Assembly: GCA_947624115.1 (NCBI GenBank)
Contig: CANQIS010000072.1
Location: 1-8,767 of the forward strand
Origin: an uncultured Bacilli bacterium
GTDB taxonomy: Bacteria; Bacillota_I; Bacilli_A; RF39; UBA660
Reading direction: 5' to 3'
Length of the DNA: 8,767 nucleotides
The notes under the pieces were generated by a model. It was not told where the DNA came from, made no database searches, and saw only the letters and a program-made list of their open reading frames with translations. Positions 1 through 5,231 of this stretch are shown piece by piece. Within the stretch, counting starts at the first letter, position 1, and the number at the start of each line of letters is the position of its first letter. Made by a program: the position numbers and the translations under genes.

Positions 1-192
1 AGTAAATGTGGATATAAAAATGAGAAGATAAAAAATTTAAATATAAGACATTACGAATGTCCGAAATGTCATAATGAGTTAGATAGAGATTATAATGCTA
101 GTGAAAATATCATGTTTGAAGGTTTAAAAAAATATATGAAAGAAGTCAACATATGGACGAACTGCAATTCAAAACAAAGAAACTATACATAA
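1..192 (+). CDS. tnpB: IS200/IS605-family TnpB (OrfB) RNA-guided nuclease, C-terminal 63 aa only (5' part outside window)
   Basis: Frame 1 is open from base 1 to TAA at 190-192. It reads SKCGYKNEKIKNLNIRHYECPKCHNELDRDYNASENIMFEGLKKYMKEVNIW... This gives a KCG-x16-CPKC zinc ribbon followed by DRDYNASENI, the RuvC-III D-R-D-x-N-A-x-x-N-I signature of TnpB/IS605 OrfB. It is not in the ORF track because there is no start codon in the window. Confidence 0.8.
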   Translation, partial: SKCGYKNEKIKNLNIRHYECPKCHNELDRDYNASENIMFEGLKKYMKEVNIWTNCNSKQRNYT

Positions 193-340
193 AGTCAAAT
201 AAAAAAATAATAAAAATTATCAAGTACGGTAGCGACTATCGGATTTTAAATCTGCTTTAGTAGGTAGGTAACGATTCTTTGAAGTAGAAACATTTAAGTG
301 TGAACTTAAATATTCAAAATTTGTTTTGAATTTTGTTCTT
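193..340 (+). mobile_element. Right end (RE) of the IS200/IS605-family element; expected 3' part of the TnpB omega-RNA scaffold, with subterminal hairpin 312-331
   Basis: This non-coding stretch lies directly downstream of the tnpB stop. It has a perfect 8-bp hairpin, ATTCAAAA(312-319)-TTTG-TTTTGAAT(324-331). The sequence is shared with a second copy at 2257-2352. Identity stops abruptly after ...TTGTTCTT (340 vs 2352), which is how I place the element boundary. In this family the omega-RNA scaffold ends at the RE and the guide is the flanking DNA, here 341 onward (TTTGATAAAGTTAAAG). Confidence 0.55.
295..340 (+). repeat. 46-nt direct repeat, copy 1 (IS right-end core)
   Basis: TAAGTGTGAACTTAAATATTCAAAATTTGTTTTGAATTTTGTTCTT matches 2307-2352 at 44 of 46 positions. 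The mismatches are G302/T2314 and C315/T2327. Weaker homology extends upstream to about 229 vs 2257. Confidence 0.9.
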
Positions 341-608
341 TTTGATAAAGTTAAAGCTTTATATAGTAAGACTAAATTGTTAATTTAAATTTATCTGAAC
401 TACAAAAGTCAAGAGTTTTGGTATTTCATTAACTAATGAAATTATAAAACGCATAATGGTAAAATTGATTATTTATCGATTAAAAATACAAGTTCGACTG
501 TTTAAATTATATTAGATAGTACTATGTAAAGTACTGTACAAATGAATTAAAAAAATTGATTTTATAAAATAAATATGTTAATCTATTATATAGAAAGTAG
601 GTAATTAT

Positions 609-1979
609 ATGAATGTCAAAAAATTCAGTAAAATATTTTGTAATTCGTTAGCGTTATTCTTGCTATTAAATGTTAATATAACTAATGCTTTAGAAAAAAA
701 TATTCAATTAGGAGACGCAAATTCAGATGGTGTTATTGATAATAATGATGCTCAATTGGTCCTAAAGTATGCAGCCGACAATAGTATTGAAATCAATAAA
801 GAGGCTGCTGATGTAAATCAAGATGGAAAAATTGATAGTTTTGATGCATCACTTATCTTAAGATATGTATCAGGTTATGATATTGAATTTGGAAACGTAT
901 CATCAGAATCTGAATGTTTACTAGGTGATGTAAATGCCGATAAAAAGGTTAACAATGAAGATGTAGAATTATTAAATAAGTATTTAGCAAGTGAAGAAGT
1001 ATTAATAGATCTGGTTGCAGCTGATATGAATAAAGACGATAAAGTAAATATATTGGATTTATCTATATTAAGAAATTTATTAGCAGATCAATCAAAAAAT
1101 CAGCAGAACATTAAATTAGGAGATGTGAATTCAGACGGTGTTATTGATAATAATGATGCTCAATTGGTCCTAAAGTATGTAGCCGACAATAGTGTTGAAA
1201 TCAATAAAGAAGCTGCTGATGTAAATCAAGATGGAAAAATTGATAGTTTTGATGTTGCACTTATTTTAAGATATGTGTCAGGTTATGATGTTGAATTTGG
1301 AAACGTATCATCAGAATCTGAATGCTTATTAGGTGATGTAAATGCCGATAAAAAGATTAACAATGAAGACGTAGAATTATTAAATAAGTATTTAGCAGGT
1401 GAAGAAGTATTAATAGATCTGGTTGCAGCTGATATGAATAAGGATGGTAAATTAGATATATTAGATTTATCCATGTTAAGACAATTATTAACAAACAATT
1501 TTTTTATAGAAGATCATGATAGTGGAATTAAAATTCAATTAAATGATAATGAAGAAAATAATTTAAATTTAAAAGTAACTACTTTGGAAAAAAATAAAAT
1601 TCCATCTAAAATAGTTGAAATGTCTGCTAAATATATTGCGTATGACATTTCATTAAAAAATCCTAATGGTATAGATGTTCAACCAAATTCTAAAGTGAAA
1701 GTATCAATTCCAATACCAGTAGATTTTGATAAAACTAAGCTATTAGTATATAGAATTGAAGACGATGGGACTTTAACAAAATTTAATGTCATTGTAAATG
1801 GAGAAAATGCTGAATTTGAAGTTGATCATTTTAGTAATTATGTATTAATTGAAACAAATGTTAAGAATCCTCAAACTTTAGATTCTAATAATAACTTATT
1901 TATAATTATATCTATAATTTGTTGTGGCTTTATATTAGTAAAAATTTTACGACTTAATAATGTATTAAAAAGTAAATAA
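609..1979 (+). CDS. Secreted surface protein with four dockerin (type I-like) modules, a beta-rich C-terminal domain and a sortase-type sorting signal
   Basis: N-terminal Sec signal MNVKKFSKIFCNSLALFLLLNVNITNA|LE. There are eight EF-hand-like Ca-binding segments of the dockerin type: GDANSDGVIDNNDAQLVLKY, ADVNQDGKIDSFDASLILRY, GDVNADKKVNNEDVELLNKY, ADMNKDDKVNILDLSILRNL, and the same four again. The C-terminus has NPQTL (1866-1880), a short linker, the hydrophobic LFIIISIICCGFILVKIL and a basic tail RLNNVLKSK, which is the layout of a cell-wall sorting signal. No catalytic domain is recognisable. Confidence 0.85.
   Translation: MNVKKFSKIFCNSLALFLLLNVNITNALEKNIQLGDANSDGVIDNNDAQLVLKYAADNSIEINKEAADVNQDGKIDSFDASLILRYVSGYDIEFGNVSSESECLLGDVNADKKVNNEDVELLNKYLASEEVLIDLVAADMNKDDKVNILDLSILRNLLADQSKNQQNIKLGDVNSDGVIDNNDAQLVLKYVADNSVEINKEAADVNQDGKIDSFDVALILRYVSGYDVEFGNVSSESECLLGDVNADKKINNEDVELLNKYLAGEEVLIDLVAADMNKDGKLDILDLSMLRQLLTNNFFIEDHDSGIKIQLNDNEENNLNLKVTTLEKNKIPSKIVEMSAKYIAYDISLKNPNGIDVQPNSKVKVSIPIPVDFDKTKLLVYRIEDDGTLTKFNVIVNGENAEFEVDHFSNYVLIETNVKNPQTLDSNNNLFIIISIICCGFILVKILRLNNVLKSK
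698..1496 (+). repeat. In-frame tandem duplication, 2 units with a 408-bp (136-aa) period, inside the dockerin gene
   Basis: Unit 1 is about 698-1088 and unit 2 about 1106-1496. For example, GGAGACGCAAATTCAGATGGTGTTATTGATAATAATGATGCTCAATTGGTCCTAAAGTATG at 711 matches GGAGATGTGAATTCAGACGGTGTTATTGATAATAATGATGCTCAATTGGTCCTAAAGTATG at 1119. Identity is roughly 90% at nucleotide level by eye. Each unit encodes two dockerin modules. Confidence 0.9.
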
Positions 1980-2005
1980 TATAACTAAAAAATCCTTTTT
2001 TTTAT

Positions 2006-2045
2006 AAAAGATGAAAAATTTTTTTAAAATTTTTTCATCTTTTTG
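2006..2045 (+). terminator. Putative rho-independent terminator of the dockerin gene
   Basis: AGATGAAAAA (2009-2018) pairs with TTTTTCATCT (2031-2040), 10 bp and extendable by AAA/TTT. It is followed by TTTTG. The stem is AT-rich with only 2 G:C pairs, so it is weak. Confidence 0.5.
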
Positions 2046-2161
2046 TATTAGTAATTATTTTAAAAAATGTTAATACATTCTTGGTGGTGATAGTCTGAAA
2101 AAAATTAAAGTTTTCAAAACTATTTGTAACTTGAACAAAGTGAAAGGAATGAGTGGTTAAC

Positions 2162-2251
2162 ATGGTAATAAATAAGGCATATAAGTTTAGATTATATCCT
2201 AAGAAAAAAAGGAAGAATAATAAATGCAACTATATCAAAAGAATTAGATAA
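2162..2251 (+). pseudogene. tnpB: tnpB N-terminal stub (internally deleted or frameshifted IS200/IS605-family TnpB)
   Basis: ATG at 2162 reads MVINKAYKFRLYPKKKRKNNKCNYIKRIR*. M-x-x-x-KAYKFRLYP is the conserved N-terminus of TnpB/OrfB proteins. Homology decays right after an A-run (2201-2209) and the frame stops at 2249-2251. The +1 frame after the A-run reads ...GRIINATISKELDNK*. The body of the gene is missing and the RE homology begins about 2257. Confidence 0.55.
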
Positions 2252-2256
2252 TAAAT

Positions 2257-2352
2257 AGTAGCATATGAAAAGTATAATAGAAATCGATTTATGAAACAGA
2301 AATATGTAAGTGTTAACTTAAATATTTAAAATTTGTTTTGAATTTTGTTCTT
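2257..2352 (+). mobile_element. Degenerate right end / omega-RNA 3' region of the gutted IS copy
   Basis: Colinear with 229-340. Examples: CGATTTATGAAACAGAAATATGTAAGTG vs CGATTCTTTGAAGTAGAAACATTTAAGTG, followed by the 46-nt near-identical core. The hairpin ATTTAAAA(2324-2331)-TTTG-TTTTGAAT(2336-2343) is retained. The left (LE) boundary of this remnant could not be fixed and lies somewhere between 2046 and 2161. Confidence 0.55.
2307..2352 (+). repeat. 46-nt direct repeat, copy 2 (IS right-end core)
   Basis: TAAGTGTTAACTTAAATATTTAAAATTTGTTTTGAATTTTGTTCTT, 44/46 identical to 295-340. Confidence 0.9.
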
Positions 2353-2417
2353 GCTATATTTAAAATATTTATTGTTTGAAGTTGATTATAGTAAAAAGCA
2401 ATAAAGTTAAAATTGAA

Positions 2418-2447
2418 TTGGCTAGTGTACTGAATTTGTGTTATAAT
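2418..2447 (+). promoter_or_regulatory. Sigma-A type promoter with extended -10, driving retron ncRNA and RT
   Basis: TTGGCT (2418-2423), an 18-nt spacer that includes TG at 2439-2440, then TATAAT (2442-2447). This forms TGTTATAAT, an extended -10. The predicted start at about 2453-2455 coincides with the 5' inverted repeat of the ncRNA. Confidence 0.55.
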
Positions 2448-2452
2448 ATTAT

Positions 2453-2610
2453 TGCAGTAGCGATTGGATTTATTCCTACTTTAACGATTCGTTAAGGGAC
2501 TATAATAATTAGTATGATTAAATAGTAATATTCCAAAGGACAATACTACACGTTGTGTAGGCGCTTCGCTTTAAGTCCATTTCCATATTACTATATCATT
2601 AGTACTGCAG
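2453..2610 (+). ncRNA. Retron msr/msd non-coding RNA (candidate)
   Basis: Terminal inverted repeats a1 TGCAGTA (2453-2459) and a2 TACTGCA (2603-2609), plus a U2452:G2610 wobble. G2460 lies immediately 3' of a1 in the context GTAGCGA and is the candidate branching G. Ec86 has a1-TTA-G-CGA (from memory). An msr hairpin spans 2479-2497, with TTAAC/GTTAA plus 2 further pairs and loop GATTC. A long msd stem is formed by ATAGTAATAT (2522-2531) with ATATTACTAT (2585-2594), continued by TGAT (2515-2518) with ATCA (2595-2598). The apex is locally GC-rich: GGAC/GTCC, CTACAC-GTT-GTGTAG (2546-2560) and GCG-CTT-CGC (2561-2569). The element ends 13 nt before the RT ATG, the canonical retron layout. Confidence 0.7.
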
Positions 2611-2622
2611 GAGGTAGTAATA

Positions 2623-3588
2623 ATGTGGAAATACATTGGAACAAAAGAATGTAATGAATTTTTACTATCTCTTAATCTATTTGATTGTAAGGATAAAAAA
2701 AAGTATATTAAAATATTATATTCTATAACTAATAATTTAGAGAAAAATTATAGTATTTATAAAATTAAAAAGAAGAATGGTAAATATAGAACCATATATG
2801 AACCACATTTACTTTTAAAACATATTCAAAAACAAATTTTAACTAATGTTCTTAATAATAAATCTATATCTAAATATGCTAAGGCATATCATAAAGGTTT
2901 ATCATTAAAAGATAACGCAATTCCACATATTAATAAAGATTTATTATTAAAGTTAGATATTAAAGATTTTTTTGAAAATATATCTTTTATTAATATTTAT
3001 AATAGTTGTTTTTCAATTGAGTATTTTCCTAAATCAGTTGGTATGTTGTTAACATATTTATGTACTTATGATGATCATCTAACTCAAGGTTCTCCAACAT
3101 CAGCATATATTTCAAATTTAGTTATGAAAGAATTTGATGAAGAATTAGGTAATTGGTGTGAAAAAAATAATATATCATATACAAGATATTCTGATGATAT
3201 GACATTTTCAGGTAGTTTTAATCCAAATGATATAATATTAAGAGTTAGAAAAATGTTATATAAATTGGGTTTGGAACTCAATAATGACAAGATACATGTT
3301 ATTAGCAAATCTGCTAGACAAAGCGTTACTGGTGTGACAGTTAATGAGAAATTACAAGTTAATGCAGAGTATCGTCATAGAATAAGACAAGAGGTATATT
3401 ATATTAAAAAGTTTGGGCTAAAATCTCATTTAAATAAATGTAACATTGATATGACAGAAAAACAATATATAAATATGTTGTATGGTAGAATACTTTATGT
3501 TTTACAAATTAATGAAAATGATTTGGAATTTAAAAAATACCAAAAATTTGTTTTAGGATTAAAAAGATGTTGTAATGAAATGAAATAA
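2623..3588 (+). CDS. Retron-type reverse transcriptase (321 aa, apparently intact)
   Basis: SD AGGAGG at 2609-2614, 8 nt before the ATG. Motifs: KKKNGKYRTIYEP, LKHIQKQIL, AKAYHKGLSLKDNAIPH (retron NAxxH), LLKLDIKDFFENI (motif A Asp), LTQGSPTSAYISNL (motif B), YTRYSDDMTFSG (YxDD at 3187-3198), and ARQSVTGVTVN (retron-specific VTG at 3325-3333). The size and C-terminal region (RIRQEVYYIKKFG...) fit stand-alone retron RTs. No fused extra domain is visible. Confidence 0.9.
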   Translation: MWKYIGTKECNEFLLSLNLFDCKDKKKYIKILYSITNNLEKNYSIYKIKKKNGKYRTIYEPHLLLKHIQKQILTNVLNNKSISKYAKAYHKGLSLKDNAIPHINKDLLLKLDIKDFFENISFINIYNSCFSIEYFPKSVGMLLTYLCTYDDHLTQGSPTSAYISNLVMKEFDEELGNWCEKNNISYTRYSDDMTFSGSFNPNDIILRVRKMLYKLGLELNNDKIHVISKSARQSVTGVTVNEKLQVNAEYRHRIRQEVYYIKKFGLKSHLNKCNIDMTEKQYINMLYGRILYVLQINENDLEFKKYQKFVLGLKRCCNEMK

Positions 3589-3764
3589 TTGCATTAACTT
3601 ATTTATCATAAAAATTAAAAATGTTATAATTATTAATTTTTTAACATTACATTTATTTACATAGAAGAAATGAAATAATGACTATGATTTTACAATAATG
3701 TTAATAATTAGTTATAATTAAAATATGTAAGAACTAGTTAAATATATTAAAAAAATTTTTATTT

Positions 3765-3792
3765 TTGACAAATTATTTACATATTGTATACA
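3765..3792 (+). promoter_or_regulatory. Candidate sigma-A promoter of murC
   Basis: TTGACA (3765-3770), 16-nt spacer, TATACA (3787-3792). It lies about 95 nt upstream of the murC GTG start. Confidence 0.45.
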
Positions 3793-3886
3793 TAAAAAAC
3801 ATAGAATTATTACTTGAAAATTGTAAAGAAAATATAATGGATTGCAGTTAAGTTTTAATAGTATAATTATATTGGAGGTGTTAGTT

Positions 3887-5185
3887 GTGAAATATTATTG
3901 TATAGGTATTAAAGGTGCCGGAATGAGTACTTTAGCTCAAATATTATATGATCTTGGCAATGTTGTTATTGGCTATGATGATGTTAGGGAATATAAATTT
4001 ACGGAAGATGGTTTACAAAAGCGTGGTATTAAAATTTATAATGATCAAAGTTGTAATTTAGATAGTGATACAATTGTTACTTATTCGGCTGCTGTTTCAT
4101 TGTTTCATCTTGAAATTCAACGCGCAAAAAAGTTAGGATTAAAAATTAAAAAGTATCATGATATAATTGGGGATATTACAAAAATGTTTACAACTATATC
4201 TGTATGTGGAACACATGGTAAAACAACAACTTCTTCACTTATTGCGCATATTTTAAAAAATACAAAGGGATGTAATTATTTTATTGGTGATGGAAGTGGA
4301 TATGCTGATTTAAAAAATAAGTTATTTGTGGTCGAATCTTGTGAATATAATCGCCATTTTTTAGCTTATCATCCTTCTTATACGGTTATTACTAATATCG
4401 AATTGGAGCATACTGAATGTTATAAAGATATTAATGAAATAGTGAAAACTTTTGAAGAGTTTGCAAATAAATCAATTAATGGTGTTGTAGCTTGTGGTGA
4501 TGATGAGAATATTCGCAAGTTGAGTCTGAATAAAGAAGTTTTTTATTATGGTTTTAATAAGGATAATGATTTATATGCTACTAATATAATGTTTAGTAAT
4601 AGTGGTAGTTGTTTTGATGTATATTATAAAAATAATTTTTATGGACATTTTGAGTTGCCTTTATTTGGAAAGCATATGATTTTAAATACGCTTGCATGTA
4701 TTGCTATATCAATTTTACAAGGTATAGATTATGCAACCATTCATGAGTTATTACATTCATTTAAAAATGCTAAAAGACGTTTTTGTGAGGAAAAATATGG
4801 AAGTAATATTATAATTGATGATTATGCCCACCATCCAACGGAAATTAAAGTTACTTTAGAATCAGCACGTCAGAAATATCCAGATAAAAAATTGATAGCT
4901 ATATTTAAACCTAATACTTATTCTAGAACTAAGGATTTTAAACAAGATTTTGTGAATGCTTTAAATATTGCTGATAAAGCTTATGTTACTCCGATAGATT
5001 GTAATCGGGAAAATCAAAATGATTATCCTGGAATTACTTCAGATATAATCATTAATGATTTACGAGATGGTGAGATTGTAACTGATGATTCTGTGTCTAA
5101 ATTAAAAAAATATAATAATTCAGTTTTATGTTTTATGAGTTGTGCTAGTGTGGCACATTTAATTGAAAATTATAAAAAACTATAA
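3887..5185 (+). CDS. murC: UDP-N-acetylmuramate--L-alanine ligase (MurC)
   Basis: Mur ligase motifs: N-terminal Rossmann-like YYCIGIKGAGMSTLAQIL, P-loop ISVCGTHGKTTTSSLIAHIL, and DDYAHHPTEI near the C-terminal domain. I place the start at GTG 3887 (MKYYCIGIKG...), 6 nt after SD GGAGGTG (3874-3880). The ORF-track TTG at 3842 has no SD and adds a non-conserved extension. Confidence 0.9.
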   Translation: MKYYCIGIKGAGMSTLAQILYDLGNVVIGYDDVREYKFTEDGLQKRGIKIYNDQSCNLDSDTIVTYSAAVSLFHLEIQRAKKLGLKIKKYHDIIGDITKMFTTISVCGTHGKTTTSSLIAHILKNTKGCNYFIGDGSGYADLKNKLFVVESCEYNRHFLAYHPSYTVITNIELEHTECYKDINEIVKTFEEFANKSINGVVACGDDENIRKLSLNKEVFYYGFNKDNDLYATNIMFSNSGSCFDVYYKNNFYGHFELPLFGKHMILNTLACIAISILQGIDYATIHELLHSFKNAKRRFCEEKYGSNIIIDDYAHHPTEIKVTLESARQKYPDKKLIAIFKPNTYSRTKDFKQDFVNALNIADKAYVTPIDCNRENQNDYPGITSDIIINDLRDGEIVTDDSVSKLKKYNNSVLCFMSCASVAHLIENYKKL

Positions 5186-5187
5186 TA

Positions 5188-5231
5188 AAAAAGGGTTGCT
5201 ATGAAATAGATTATTTCATTCAATCCTTTTT
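5188..5231. terminator. Bidirectional rho-independent terminator between convergent murC and tmcAL
   Basis: Outer stem AAAAAGGGTTG (5188-5198) pairs with CAATCCTTTTT (5221-5231), with one G:U. Inner stem ATGAAATA (5201-5208)-GAT-TATTTCAT (5212-5219). An A-run lies 5' and a T-run 3', so it can act in both directions. The 3' arm overlaps the last codons of tmcAL. Confidence 0.55.

Noticed and set aside
423-442. Perfect 8-bp hairpin ATTTCATT-AACT-AATGAAAT downstream of the IS right end
   Set aside because: There is no T-run on either strand, so it is not a convincing terminator. There is no second copy in the window. It could be an operator or the pre-insertion target structure, but nothing here supports a specific call.
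456-515. 19-codon ORF (MVKLIIYRLKIQVRLFKLY) in the tnpB-dockerin intergenic region
   Set aside because: It has no SD and no recognisable family, and its length is within chance expectation.
698-1496. Large repeats as a possible CRISPR or non-coding repeat array
   Set aside because: There are only two units with a 408-bp period. They are contiguous, in frame and encode dockerin modules. There is no short repeat/spacer periodicity.
1283-1498. 71-aa ORF antisense to the dockerin gene
   Set aside because: It lies entirely inside a well-supported coding region on the opposite strand. It has no SD, its composition is low-complexity, and its sequence simply mirrors the dockerin repeat.
609-1979. 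Dockerin surface protein as the missing retron effector
   Set aside because: It is separated from the retron by its own terminator, about 470 nt and an IS remnant, and the retron has its own promoter. It resembles no known retron effector class. The adjacency is best explained by island mosaicism.
2035-2229. 64-aa minus-strand ORF in the IS remnant region
   Set aside because: It spans the dockerin terminator hairpin and has no SD. The plus strand here carries the recognisable TnpB N-terminus (MVINKAYKFRLYP). It is most likely a chance ORF in AT-rich DNA.
2511-2602. DRT2-like rolling-circle template encoding a stop-free concatemer ORF (solo RT + ncRNA systems)
   Set aside because: I translated the msd-like segment in all six frames and every frame hits a stop within a few codons. 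The RT also has the retron VTG and NAxxH motifs and the ncRNA has a1/a2 repeats, so a classical retron is the better fit.
3084-3308. 74-aa ORF antisense to the RT gene
   Set aside because: It is embedded opposite the RT catalytic core, has no SD and shows no recognisable motifs. It would only become interesting as a hidden effector if conserved in other loci, which cannot be tested here.
3620-3648. Hairpin AATGTTA...TAACATT downstream of the RT as its terminator
   Set aside because: It has only a 7-bp AT-rich stem, a 15-nt loop and no clean T-run. It is too weak to annotate, so RT termination remains undefined.
3577-3679. 13-nt direct repeat GAAATGAAATAAT at the RT stop (3577-3589) and 90 nt downstream (3667-3679), as a possible att or target-site duplication
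   Set aside because: The repeat is itself low complexity (a GAAAT tandem). The flanks do not align. No matching copy was found upstream of the retron. It is plausibly chance in DNA this AT-rich.
3842-3886. N-terminal extensions given by the ORF track for murC (TTG 3842) and for yceD (GTG 6469)
   Set aside because: In both cases a strong SD lies inside the extension, immediately upstream of an internal start (GTG 3887, ATG 6484) that begins the conserved part of the protein.
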